A stretch of DNA of 64,000 bases from Candidatus Vogelbacteria bacterium RIFOXYD1_FULL_44_32 (GCA_001823065.1 MHTJ01000003.1:106869-170868), one strand, 5' to 3'; counted from the first letter of the stretch, positions 26,812-35,649 are shown. Program-made: numbers and translations. The notes: generated from the sequence alone by a model not told the origin.

Positions 26812-27149
26812 GCTTGGGTAGCTCAGTTGGTAGAGCATTCGCCTGACCCTAAAAACTTCGGGCCCTTCCACTGGAAAGTGGATTGAAAAAGTGGGTGAAT
26901 TCGGGGAAAACCGTTTGCTGTATAGTAAGCGACAATCCCGAGCCAAGCCGAGCACCACTTTTGAATTTTATAAACTTCTAAAATTCAAAAGTAGTGCTCG
27001 GAAGGTGTAGAGACTATCCCGAAAGGGAGTACTTCTACTACTGTAGAGGGAAGCGCCCACCTCCAAAATCTATTTATAGAAAGGATGATGATATAGTCCA
27101 AACGCTCTGGAAGAGCGAAGGGTCGGCGGTTCGAACCCGCCCCCAAGCA
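26812..27149 (+). tRNA. tRNA-Phe (anticodon GAA) interrupted by a group I intron after U33 of the anticodon loop
   Basis: The 5' exon (26812..26844) gives the acceptor, D-arm and 5' anticodon stem. The 3' exon (27110..27149) gives GAAGA, GCGAA, the variable loop, T-arm GGCGG-TTCGAAC-CCGCC and acceptor CCCAAGC, which pairs perfectly with the 5' GCTTGGG. The spliced anticodon loop is CUGAAGA. Confidence 0.75.
26845..27109 (+). ncRNA. group I intron (about 265 nt) within tRNA-Phe
   Basis: The 5' exon ends in U and the intron ends in G. The P7 strands are gAGACUAu and AUAGUC (compare Tetrahymena cAGACUA / AUAGUC). The intron has no ORF. Confidence 0.65.
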
Positions 27150-27590
27150 CAAAAGAAGCCCCGAAAGGGGTTTTTCTTTTGTGCTTGGGGAGCAAGCCGT
27201 CTGCTCGGCTTGCGTGCGGGTTCGAAAGACGGAGACATGTCGAGCTTGCGAGACAGTCGAGTCCGGGTAGGAGCCACACAATATTTTAGGAGTGGAGCGA
27301 ACTAAAATATTGATGTGAGCTGACGCCGAACCCGCCCCCAAGCACACACGAAGGCCCCGCAAGGGGTCTTTTTCGTGTGTGCTTGGGGGCGGGTGGGGAA
27401 AGGTCGAAAACCGGGAGGTTTTTGTGGAGGAAGGCAACGAGCGAAGCGAGTGTTGGAAAACCGTGCCCGCCCGCAACGCCTGAGCTTGCGATGGCGGGCG
27501 GGGGTTTCCAAGTTCCCGTCCCCAAGATTAATAAATTAGCGAACTAAAATATTGATGTGAGCTGACACCGAACCCGCCCCCACAAATTTC
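27131..27590 (+). repeat. degenerate tandem repeats (units of about 195 and 245 bp plus a partial third), each starting with a copy of the tRNA-Phe 3' end (cgaacccgcccccaagca) followed by a long hairpin/terminator and ending agcgaactaaaatattgatgtgagctgac
   Basis: Direct comparison of 27131.., 27326.. and 27571... Each unit has a 13-15-bp perfect stem (ccccaagcacaaaag / cttttgtgcttgggg, and the variant with cacacg) around a mini-hairpin and a T-run. Confidence 0.6.
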
Positions 27591-27665
27591 TAATTTGACT
27601 TTTCCACTCCATCAGTTAGATTTTATCCAGGATTTAGAAAAACTTCTAAGAAGGAGGATCTCGTC

Positions 27666-27896
27666 ATGTCTGAGTATTTGAAAGAGGGTCAGTGGATTGC
27701 ACGTGTGGCACTCATTGACCCGAAAAAAGAGAGACAGAAATGTCCCAACTGTGGTTCTGTTGGTCAACTTCGGACGGAATTGAACTATGAGGAAAAAGAA
27801 GTGATCGCTTGCCGTGATTGTTCCTGTGAATTCCTTCCCAAACGCAGATGGTTTTTTTGGAAGGGATTTTTGGTTACCCACGGTATACCATTTTGA
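27666..27896 (+). CDS. small zinc-ribbon protein (76 aa)
   Basis: CPNCG...CRDCSC cysteine pairs. A strong aaggagg SD lies upstream. Confidence 0.5.
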   Translation: MSEYLKEGQWIARVALIDPKKERQKCPNCGSVGQLRTELNYEEKEVIACRDCSCEFLPKRRWFFWKGFLVTHGIPF

Positions 27897-27914
27897 ATCT
27901 TGCTGTTTCAGCAA

Positions 27915-27954
27915 ATCCCCCGCGAGCCTAGGCTCGCGGGGGATTAAATTTTTT
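27915..27954. terminator. rho-independent (bidirectional) terminator
   Basis: atcccccgcgagc-ctag-gctcgcgggggat followed by taaatttttt. Confidence 0.7.
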
Positions 27955-27983
27955 ACTGCTTTGTTTTCACTTTCAATTTTACA

Positions 27984-28898
27984 TCAACAAGGCCCCCGAT
28001 AATTTTCTGGGTCTGGGACTTGTGATTCAGGAATATACCAAATATCACCACAGTGGCCACTTAAATACCAAGAAACTCCCTCACTAGAAACAATGGCTTT
28101 TTCGTTGAGGGTCATAGTAGAGGGGTTTATACCAATCAGTTTCTGATTTTCAAAGTAGACATTAGTTTTGTCTAAACCAAACAGGAGTGAAGAGCCGGGG
28201 AATTTCTTCTCATAAAACTCGTTTGGATTAGCATTTTCTACCTTTTTACCCTCGAAATATATCCCAGTTTTGTCTCTAAAATAACTGTAATTAGACACTG
28301 GTTGGAAAGTATTGGGGTCAGCGCCAACTACCACTTCGGCCTGATAGAAAACTTTGTTTTTATCTTTGGCATAGGGCCATTTTATTAGTTCAAATGTCTT
28401 AGTGTCGGCTTCGGGTAAAGGATGCTTAAAGGTTTCGTAAAAATTTATAATGACACTAATCTTATCGTTTTCCCTTATATAATAACTACCGCCTTTGGGT
28501 GGTATTTCTTTTGGTGAGTAATAAATAGTAAATGTTTCTGGATCCATGTCGGGCACGATTCCTTTGATTCTTGTTGGGCTGTTTTTACTATCTTTTTGGT
28601 AGTAATAGGCAGTGGTAGAATACACGCTGTTTTTATCCTTAAAATATCCGTCACCTATATAGGTAAGAGTTTTCGGGTCCCTAATCTTAATTGTGGTTGT
28701 TGCCCCTCCGTCCCAATCTCTATAAGATAGTATGTTGCCATTAAGTTGGTATTCATCTTCAAAAACTATAGTTTTTTGGGGCCAAAACACATATCCAGTA
28801 CAGAAGATTGCAATTAGAAGTAAACAGACAGCGACCACAATAAACTCTCTTCGATTTAAAAGAGATTTTATTTTTTCTAACAGATTACGAAAATCCAT
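27984..28898 (-). CDS. DKNYY-family membrane-anchored protein
   Basis: Repeated DKN.VY / DKTGIYF / DKTNVYF motifs and an N-terminal TM segment. Confidence 0.65.
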   Translation of the reverse strand: MDFRNLLEKIKSLLNRREFIVVAVCLLLIAIFCTGYVFWPQKTIVFEDEYQLNGNILSYRDWDGGATTTIKIRDPKTLTYIGDGYFKDKNSVYSTTAYYYQKDSKNSPTRIKGIVPDMDPETFTIYYSPKEIPPKGGSYYIRENDKISVIINFYETFKHPLPEADTKTFELIKWPYAKDKNKVFYQAEVVVGADPNTFQPVSNYSYFRDKTGIYFEGKKVENANPNEFYEKKFPGSSLLFGLDKTNVYFENQKLIGINPSTMTLNEKAIVSSEGVSWYLSGHCGDIWYIPESQVPDPENYRGPC

Positions 28899-28915
28899 AT
28901 AAATATCTTACCTAC

Positions 28916-29377
28916 CTACTGTCCCGTCTTCACTTTCAACTTGGTCGATTTGTCTTTATCTATTTTAGGTAGTCTGATTGTCAGCAACCCATTTCTTTCC
29001 GTTGCTTCGGCTTCTTCGGTTTCGACTTCAGCGGGCAGGAGGATAGTGCGTGCAAATGAACCCCAATACAGCTCGCGTTGGAAGTAATCTTCGTCAGCAA
29101 TCGTGCGGACCGCTTCGCGCGTGCCTTTAATCGTCACCATTTCGCGGGTAATATTGATATTTAAATCTTCCGCTTTGACGCCCGCAGCCATAGTTTGAAT
29201 AATAATTTCGCTCGGGGTCTGATAAACATCAACAGCCAGCTCACCTACCTCCTCTTCGGTCCAATCAGCTTGGGTACGAGTTGGCTCGGGGATAATTTCA
29301 GCAAAATCGTCATGATCGTCAGCCACGGAAATCGTGCCAGTTATTCTTTCAAAAAATGAGCGTCGGTCTTTTGCCAT
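28916..29377 (-). CDS. Hsp20/alpha-crystallin small heat-shock protein
   Basis: Alpha-crystallin domain with GLLTIRLPK near the C-terminus. Confidence 0.85.
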   Translation of the reverse strand: MAKDRRSFFERITGTISVADDHDDFAEIIPEPTRTQADWTEEEVGELAVDVYQTPSEIIIQTMAAGVKAEDLNINITREMVTIKGTREAVRTIADEDYFQRELYWGSFARTILLPAEVETEEAEATERNGLLTIRLPKIDKDKSTKLKVKTGQ

Positions 29378-29397
29378 ATGATTAATTTAGATTATTT

Positions 29398-30186
29398 TTA
29401 AATTGATTCTTTTAAAATTTTTGGTCGACAGATAACGGTTTTTATTTTCTCAAAGAAATAAATTATAAAGATAGCCAGAAGCCAGAGGGTAACAAAAATC
29501 TTAAGCATTCCACTTCCGCTAGAGGTTATTATAAGAAAATTAAAGGCGCCATGCAATAAAGTAGCGGTGCATAAGCCAATAATAATCGCAGTGGTTTTAG
29601 TGAGCCGGGCCGAACAAAAAGATAAGGAGATCATCCCGCCGACAATAGCCGACGAGACTATGTGGACCACCGTGGCTCCCAGAAAGCGTAGATTACCAGT
29701 CAAAATAAAAAAGATGCTGGTCTCGCCCGACAGTAGGGTGCTAAGTAAAAACAGAGTATTTTCAACCGCGGCAAAACCGATAGCGGCAGTGATGATATAA
29801 ATCATCGCGTCAATTGGTTCGTCAAAGTTGCGACTGCGAAAACCCGTAAAATAAGCGGCCGACAATTTGACTATTTCTTCGACGGCCGCCCAAATAAAGA
29901 TAAAGCCCGCCGACGATATTAAAAATGATAGCGAAAAACTGGGGTTGCTATAATCAAAGCCGGTCCACTGAGCTCGGGTGGCCCAGTCGGCGAGAAATCT
30001 TTGGATTAAAAAAGCCAAGACAACCGAAAGTCCACCGGCCACAAAGGCCTCGGCAATTATCGCTTTTGGTTCGGGTTTTTGGTCATCTTCGCGGAGCCAA
30101 AACCACAACCAAATTAAAGCCGGCGCAAAACCGCCGACCAAGGAAAAGACCGCCATACTTAAATTTAAATCAATTGTCGGTAGCAT
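29398..30186 (-). CDS. PrsW-family intramembrane protease
   Basis: Polytopic membrane protein with AAVEEIVKL (EExxK), FAAVEN and HGAFN motifs. Confidence 0.65.
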   Translation of the reverse strand: MLPTIDLNLSMAVFSLVGGFAPALIWLWFWLREDDQKPEPKAIIAEAFVAGGLSVVLAFLIQRFLADWATRAQWTGFDYSNPSFSLSFLISSAGFIFIWAAVEEIVKLSAAYFTGFRSRNFDEPIDAMIYIITAAIGFAAVENTLFLLSTLLSGETSIFFILTGNLRFLGATVVHIVSSAIVGGMISLSFCSARLTKTTAIIIGLCTATLLHGAFNFLIITSSGSGMLKIFVTLWLLAIFIIYFFEKIKTVICRPKILKESI

Positions 30187-30214
30187 CCCGTTAGAGGTGG
30201 AGTTTATTTAGTGG

Positions 30215-32395
30215 TTATAAATGAGGCCACGGCTCGATGATAAGGAGTGAACCGCCTGGATTTATTATACCCCAAAGTTCTTCGGTCAAAAATGGCATAA
30301 AGGGGTGCAATGATTTTAAAACTTGGCGTAAAGCAAAATGGAGAAACTGCGCACGCGAATTTTTGGCGACCACATCTTCACCTTTTAGAATATTTTTACT
30401 ATCCTCAATTATTTCATCGGCCAAGCGGTGCCAAGTGTAGTGATAAAGTTTTTCGGCGGCCAAGTGAAAGCGATAATTATCCATATCCGAAGTTATATCT
30501 ACCAAAAGGTCGGCCAGTTCTTGTTTTAGACTTTGGTCGGCTGGAGTAAATGCGGAAAAATTGCCGTCAAAATTTATCCCTTCGGTACTTTCCAAAATAA
30601 ACCGGCTAATATTCCACACCTTGTTGGCAAAGTTTTTGTAGCCTTTGATTTTATTTTCAGCCAGCGCCGAGTCAGACCCCGGCGGGTTACCAATCACTAG
30701 TCCCATCCGCAAGGCGTCCATACCATATTTGCTGGCAATCTCAATCGGGTTTACAACATTGCCTTTAGACTTGGACATTTTTTTGCCTTGAGCATCGTTG
30801 ACCAAGCCGTGCATATAAACCGTGTGAAAGGGGATCTGGCCTGTTAGATACAGACCAAAAATAACCATCCGCGGGACCCATTTGAAAATAAGGTCGTGGC
30901 CGGTTTCCATCACGTCGGTCGGGTGATAAGTTTCAAAATCTTTACCCTCTGGGTAGCCGAGTACCAACTGTGGCCATTGGCCGGAAGAAAACCATGTATC
31001 AAAAGTATCGGTGTCCGCGCGCATTTCACCCCCACAAGTTTTGCAGGTGGTAATTGTATTGTCTAAATCTGGTGTGCCATCACTACAAGCATCACAAATT
31101 TTGGCCGGTATCGATATACCCCATACTATTTGGCGGGAGATATTCCAGTCCAAGGTGTTTTCCATCCAATACAAAAATATTTTGCGATAGTTGTCGGGGA
31201 TAAATTTAATTTTATTCTCATTCACTGCCTCAATCGCTTTAGCGGCCAGCGGTTTCATTTTTACAAACCACTGCTCTTTGATTTGCGGTTCAATCGTGGT
31301 CTCGCATTTGTAGCAAACTTTAACATTGTGCAAATAATTTTCATCAATTTTTTCCAGTAGCCCTTTGGCTTGCAATTTTTCCACAATTTTTGGTCGGGCC
31401 TCAGCAATTTTCAGACCGGCAAATTCGCCGGCAATCGGTAGTAGTCTGCCCTTAAAATCAATAATCGGTTCTTTATCCAAATTGTGGCGCTGGGCAATAT
31501 CAAAATCCACCGCATCATGCCATGGGGTAATAGTCATCACGCCCGTGCCAAATTCCATATCAATCGCCTCATCTTTTATGACAGTGGCGGTAATGGGGCC
31601 GTTGATCCATTCCAAATCTATTTGTTGGCCATGAGTATATTCTTGGTAGCGAGTGTCAGCGGGGTGCATTACCACATATTTGTCGCCAAATTTGGTTTCG
31701 GGGCGAGAAGTACCAATAGTAAAGGGGCCATATTTGAAATAATAAAACGGTTCTTTTTTTTCTTTAAATTCGGTTTCGACATCAGATAGGGAAGTTTGGT
31801 GTTTGGTACACCAGTTAATAATCCGTTTACCGCGGTAGACCAAACCATCGTCATACATTTTTTTGAAAGTGGTTTGAGTTTTTTCGATCACATCTTTATC
31901 AAGCGTAAATTTTTCGCGCGACCAATCGCAAGAAGCACCGACCGCTCGCACTTCCGCTTCCATATATTTTTTGTGTTCCATTGTGAAGGCGTAGATTTCG
32001 TCATACAGGTCTTTAGCTTCCATGCCAAAACGGGAACGACCTTCTTTTTCCAATTTTTTCTCGTAAACAATTTGGGTTTCAAAGCCGGCATGGTCGGCAC
32101 CCGGTACCCACAGCGCTTTGTAACCCTGCATTCGCTTGTAGCGGGTCATAATGTCTTCCATCGTAATAAAAAGAGCGTGACCAGCGTGCAGGTGACCGTT
32201 GGCGTTTGGCGGCGGCATGATGATGGTGAAAGTTTTGCCGAAGTTGGGGTTGGTCTTTGGGTTGTCGGCCCAAGGCCGATCAGCCTCGGGCTGAAAATAG
32301 CCCGACTTTTCCCAAGTTTCGTAGATTCGACCCTCGGTTGTTGTTGGGTCGTATGGTTTGGTTAGCTTCTGATCCATTAGTGAATATCGTACCAC
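30215..32395 (-). CDS. valS: valyl-tRNA synthetase (compact form without the C-terminal coiled coil)
   Basis: MPPPNANGHLHAGHA (HIGH), WVPGADHAGFETQ and KMSKSKGN motifs. 726 aa. Confidence 0.85.
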   Translation of the reverse strand: MVRYSLMDQKLTKPYDPTTTEGRIYETWEKSGYFQPEADRPWADNPKTNPNFGKTFTIIMPPPNANGHLHAGHALFITMEDIMTRYKRMQGYKALWVPGADHAGFETQIVYEKKLEKEGRSRFGMEAKDLYDEIYAFTMEHKKYMEAEVRAVGASCDWSREKFTLDKDVIEKTQTTFKKMYDDGLVYRGKRIINWCTKHQTSLSDVETEFKEKKEPFYYFKYGPFTIGTSRPETKFGDKYVVMHPADTRYQEYTHGQQIDLEWINGPITATVIKDEAIDMEFGTGVMTITPWHDAVDFDIAQRHNLDKEPIIDFKGRLLPIAGEFAGLKIAEARPKIVEKLQAKGLLEKIDENYLHNVKVCYKCETTIEPQIKEQWFVKMKPLAAKAIEAVNENKIKFIPDNYRKIFLYWMENTLDWNISRQIVWGISIPAKICDACSDGTPDLDNTITTCKTCGGEMRADTDTFDTWFSSGQWPQLVLGYPEGKDFETYHPTDVMETGHDLIFKWVPRMVIFGLYLTGQIPFHTVYMHGLVNDAQGKKMSKSKGNVVNPIEIASKYGMDALRMGLVIGNPPGSDSALAENKIKGYKNFANKVWNISRFILESTEGINFDGNFSAFTPADQSLKQELADLLVDITSDMDNYRFHLAAEKLYHYTWHRLADEIIEDSKNILKGEDVVAKNSRAQFLHFALRQVLKSLHPFMPFLTEELWGIINPGGSLLIIEPWPHL

Positions 32396-32415
32396 GCTAT
32401 AAGGGTTTTTTGAAG

Positions 32416-33588
32416 TTAGAGCTTGAGGTTGCCTTGGGCACGGATACTATCTGGCCCAGACGATTCTCCTTGGTGGAAAAAGGCAGCCAGTGCGATCATG
32501 GTGGCGTTGTCGGTGGAGGTTTCTAGAGTTGGTAGCAGTAGGGCGAGGCCTTTGTCGGCACAAACTTTGGCTAGTTGGGTGCGCAGGTATTGGTTGGCAA
32601 TCACGCCACCACCCACAATCAGGGTGGGGGCATTGTATTCTTCACAAGCCGACATTGCTTTGGCGATCAAGACTTCCACGACAGCATCTTCAAATTCGCG
32701 GGCCAAAGTGAGTTTGTCGGTTTCGTTTAGCTCGCCCCTTTTTTCTATCGCATAGCGGACGGCGGTTTTAATACCCGAAAAAGAAAAGTCGTAGTCGCCT
32801 GAGTTTTTCATGGGGCGGGGGAGCTGCCAGTCGCCGGTTAGGTTTTGGGCGCGGGCCTCGGCCGCAAGGCGCGAAATTTGGGGACCACCGGGGTAGGGTA
32901 GGCCGAGGAGGCGAGCGACTTTGTCAAAGGCCTCACCCACCGCATCGTCGCGGGTCTCGCCTAGGCGCTCGTACTCGCCCCAGTTTTTCACCAAGACAAG
33001 CTCGGTGTGGCCACCAGACACGAGTAGGGCCACGGCTGGAAATTGTACCTGTTTCGGATTTCGTGCTTCGTATTTTGTGCTTTCTCCGTCTGCAAGCACG
33101 GAGACAATATGCCCCTCCATATGGTTTACCGGCACCAAGGGTTTCATCCAAGCGGTGGCTAGAGCGCGGGCAAAGTTAATACCCGCCCACAGCGCTGGCT
33201 CAAGGCCGGGGCCGGCGGTGACAGCGATAGTGTCTATCTCGGGTATTTGAATAGATGACAAAAAAGATATTAAATTTTCCGCCAGCCCTTCTTCGCGGTC
33301 TAAAATTTCGCGGATAAGGATAGCTTCCGAGCTAGACATATCGGGGTGCTCCCATTCGCGTAAAAGATCGGCTTTAACTAGAGCTTCTTCTAAAACCGGG
33401 ATAAGATTGGCGATGTGTTCCCGCCGAGCGAGGTTAGGTACGACGCCACCCCAAACCGCGTGCAGTTCAACTTGCGACGAAACAATATGTGACAGCACCT
33501 TAAACGAGGGCGACTGTTGGTCACCCTCGGCTTCCACAATACTAATCGCGGTTTCATCACAACTGGTTTCAATCGCGAGGATTTTCAT
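32416..33588 (-). CDS. tsaD: tRNA N6-adenosine threonylcarbamoyltransferase TsaD (Kae1/Gcp)
   Basis: MKILAIETSCDETAISI N-terminus, GPGLEPALWAGINFARALA and VNHMEGHI motifs. Confidence 0.9.
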   Translation of the reverse strand: MKILAIETSCDETAISIVEAEGDQQSPSFKVLSHIVSSQVELHAVWGGVVPNLARREHIANLIPVLEEALVKADLLREWEHPDMSSSEAILIREILDREEGLAENLISFLSSIQIPEIDTIAVTAGPGLEPALWAGINFARALATAWMKPLVPVNHMEGHIVSVLADGESTKYEARNPKQVQFPAVALLVSGGHTELVLVKNWGEYERLGETRDDAVGEAFDKVARLLGLPYPGGPQISRLAAEARAQNLTGDWQLPRPMKNSGDYDFSFSGIKTAVRYAIEKRGELNETDKLTLAREFEDAVVEVLIAKAMSACEEYNAPTLIVGGGVIANQYLRTQLAKVCADKGLALLLPTLETSTDNATMIALAAFFHQGESSGPDSIRAQGNLKL

Positions 33589-34124
33589 TTTTGTTTATAG
33601 AAACTATGGTCAGGCGCGATAATTTGAATTAAGGTGTTGCGAAGGGCTTCCTCTAAACTCACCTCGCGGGCGATCATTCCTCCTGAATATGTTCCCCATG
33701 TATCGTTGGGGAGGTTGCCGTATTTTTCTTCTAATATAGCCATAACATCGCAGTGTTCCTTATTTAGTTTTTTCATCTCACCAAGAATAAAATCGGGAAC
33801 CTTTAAGCCACTAGAATAACCGTAAAATGTCTCATCTTTTGTAAAAATCGTGCACCAAGCTTCTTCGTAAATATGTCCATATCTTTCGACTAGACCACTT
33901 TCTAAACCAACCCACATATCGGCTGACGGGATATTATTTTTGGCGTCTTCGGCGCGATTTTTTGAGCCATCAAAAGTTTGTTTGTCGTAGGGCGTATCTG
34001 GTACGCCAGAATTGCTTTTGTACCCTTCAATATGTAAATCGGTAGACAGAGATAGCTGTTCGGTCAAAATTTTTCGCGCAATATCTATTTTACGCTCACT
34101 AGTGGAGCCAATAATTATTTTCAT
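33585..34124 (-). CDS. non-canonical purine NTP phosphatase (YjjX/DUF84 family)
   Basis: SGVPDTPY...SKNRAEDA and ADMWVGLESGL match the YjjX pattern. The start is reset to MKIIIGSTS at 34124 because the longer ORF would overlap tRNA-Ser. Confidence 0.7.
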   Translation of the reverse strand: MKIIIGSTSERKIDIARKILTEQLSLSTDLHIEGYKSNSGVPDTPYDKQTFDGSKNRAEDAKNNIPSADMWVGLESGLVERYGHIYEEAWCTIFTKDETFYGYSSGLKVPDFILGEMKKLNKEHCDVMAILEEKYGNLPNDTWGTYSGGMIAREVSLEEALRNTLIQIIAPDHSFYKQK

Positions 34125-34214
34125 GGCGGAGAGAGGGAGATTCGAACTCCCGATACAGTTGCCCGTATGCCGGTTTTCGAAACCGGTGCCTTCAACCACT
34201 CAGCCATCTCTCCA
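34125..34214 (-). tRNA. tRNA-Ser (anticodon CGA), type II with a long variable arm and CCA encoded
   Basis: Reverse complement GGAGAGATGGCTGAGTGGTTGAAGGCACCGGTTTCGAAAACCGG...GGGAGTTCGAATCTCCCTCTCTCCGCCA. Confidence 0.85.
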
Positions 34215-34329
34215 GATGGGCAGGCAACTCCAAGGGGGCTACCTAGTGCCTACATCCTACCCTAACTCTTGGCTTTTTTCAAAAAAATGTTATATTAGTT
34301 TTGTTCGTTTTTTGGTGTTTTTTGGCTAA

Positions 34330-34349
34330 AACAGTTTGTTAAAACTGTT
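34330..34349. promoter_or_regulatory. perfect 8-bp-arm palindrome (aacagttt gtta aaactgtt) between divergent tRNA genes
   Basis: Read directly. Function unknown. Confidence 0.3.
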
Positions 34350-34376
34350 CGCCCGATCCGCCAAAGGAGGATTTAG

Positions 34377-34448
34377 GGCCCTATCGTCTAACGGTTAGGA
34401 CATCGCCTTTTCAAGGCGGTAATCAGAGTTCGATTCTCTGTAGGGTCA
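34377..34448 (+). tRNA. tRNA-Glu (anticodon TTC)
   Basis: Closely resembles E. coli tRNA-Glu (TCGTCTA..GGTTAGGACA.CGCC.TTTCA.GGCGGTAA.AG.GTTCGA.TC). Acceptor GGCCCTA/TAGGGTC. Confidence 0.85.
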
Positions 34449-34457
34449 CAAAACGAC

Positions 34458-34497
34458 AAAATGGACTGAACTGCTTCAGTCCGTTTTGCGTTTTGTG
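34458..34497 (+). terminator. rho-independent terminator after tRNA-Glu
   Basis: 13-bp stem aaaatggactgaa / ttcagtccgtttt with loop ctgc, then a T-rich tail. Confidence 0.65.
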
Positions 34498-34671
34498 AAG
34501 TCGGAGCTATGTTTTCTTAGTAAAGAAAACGAGCGAGACCGGGTCTGGAAAATTCACGAATGGCGATGAGTGAATTATTGTGGACCACAACAACCTTGCA
34601 CGCGAAGCGTTCCATATCTTCATATTCCCAATAAGTGGCAACCAAACGGGGGAGATGTTACGATATTTGGC

Positions 34672-34947
34672 ATGGAGGAGCTCGAAAAAATCAAGCAAGA
34701 ATTGGGGGAAATACAGGAGCGAAATAGGCGGGTGGAGGCGGATAAGGCGTGGGAGACCAGCTGGACCCGGAAAATCCTCATCGCCGGTCTTACTTATGTC
34801 GTTATCGTTCTCTTTTTCCTGTCGGCCGATATCCCTCGGCCATTTGTAAATGCCATCGTCCCGACCCTCGGCTTCATCCTCTCGACCCTCTCGGTGCCGG
34901 TGGTAAAAAGGTGGTGGGTGAAATATATCCCTAATTCGCGCGAATAG
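34672..34947 (+). CDS. small membrane protein (about 91 aa from MEELEKIK)
   Basis: ORF with a coiled-coil N-terminus and two TM helices. Its 3' end is duplicated downstream at 35572..35634. Confidence 0.45.
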   Translation: MEELEKIKQELGEIQERNRRVEADKAWETSWTRKILIAGLTYVVIVLFFLSADIPRPFVNAIVPTLGFILSTLSVPVVKRWWVKYIPNSRE

Positions 34948-34972
34948 GAGAATATATTAAATTTATATAATC

Positions 34973-35521
34973 ATGTCTGTTAAAATTACCTATTTTGTCC
35001 ATGGGACGACGGTCGACAATGAGGCAAATATTTCTTCTGGCTGGCAAGATGCGGAGCTGTCGGCGCTGGGGGTGAAGCAGTCGGAGGAATTGGCCGAGCA
35101 AACTAAAGACTTGGTATTTGATGCGATTTTTTGTTCGGACTTAAAGCGAGCGGTAGATTCGGCCCATCTCACCTGGGGTGAGGCAGGTATACCGATCATC
35201 GCCGACCCGCGTTTGCGCGAGTGCAACTATGGCCAGTTGAATGGGCACCCTTCGTCCGATGTGGAGCCAAGGCAGGAGCAGTCGATCACCACCCCGATGC
35301 CTGGTGGTGAGAGCTATGAAGATGTGAAGGCGCGGGTGACAAGCTTCCTCTCCGACCTAAAGCGCGATTACGATGGTAAACATATTGCTATTGTCGCCCA
35401 CAAGGCCCCCCAGCTCGCGCTCGATGTACTACTAAAAGGCGAAACCTGGGAGCAGGCTTTTGCCAATGATTGGCGCAAGCGCGGCGCTTGGCGGGCCGGT
35501 TGGGAGTATGAGGTGAGATAG
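34973..35521 (+). CDS. histidine phosphatase superfamily (phosphoglycerate-mutase-like) protein
   Basis: N-terminal HG catalytic motif context (YFVHGTT) and a distal His (IVAHKA). GC-rich. Confidence 0.65.
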   Translation: MSVKITYFVHGTTVDNEANISSGWQDAELSALGVKQSEELAEQTKDLVFDAIFCSDLKRAVDSAHLTWGEAGIPIIADPRLRECNYGQLNGHPSSDVEPRQEQSITTPMPGGESYEDVKARVTSFLSDLKRDYDGKHIAIVAHKAPQLALDVLLKGETWEQAFANDWRKRGAWRAGWEYEVR

Positions 35522-35571
35522 GAAAAGTTGGAGGTCTTTGTTACGATAAGGTAAATTGGGGCGGAAGAGAG

Positions 35572-35649
35572 GGTCGGCTTTATTCTTTCGACCCCGTCCG
35601 TACCGGTGGTGAAAAAGTGGTGGGTTAAAATATACTATAAAATTGAAAC
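35572..35649 (+). pseudogene. duplicated 3'-end fragment of the 34672..34947 gene (no start codon) whose stop overlaps the start of the next gene
   Basis: About 63 bp at roughly 85% identity to 34866..34927. It translates to ...VGFILSTPSVPVVKKWWVKIYYKIET* versus the parental LGFILSTLSVPVVKRWWVKYIPNSRE. Confidence 0.55.

Noticed and set aside
26985-27525. Several minus-strand ORFs (163, 79, 69, 69 and 67 aa) covering the tRNA-Phe intron and the tandem-repeat region
   Set aside because: They lie on GC-rich hairpin and repeat DNA, and their translations are low-complexity (Pro/Arg/Gly/Ser-rich). They are artefacts of the symmetric sequence rather than genes.
27131-27590. Possible CRISPR array
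   Set aside because: The repeat units are 195-245 bp, degenerate, and contain tRNA 3'-end copies. There are no short regularly spaced repeats with unique spacers and no cas genes.
33585-34199. Longest-ORF start of the YjjX-like gene at 34199
   Set aside because: The N-terminal 25 codons run through tRNA-Ser (34125..34214) on the same strand. The real start is MKIIIGSTS at 34124.
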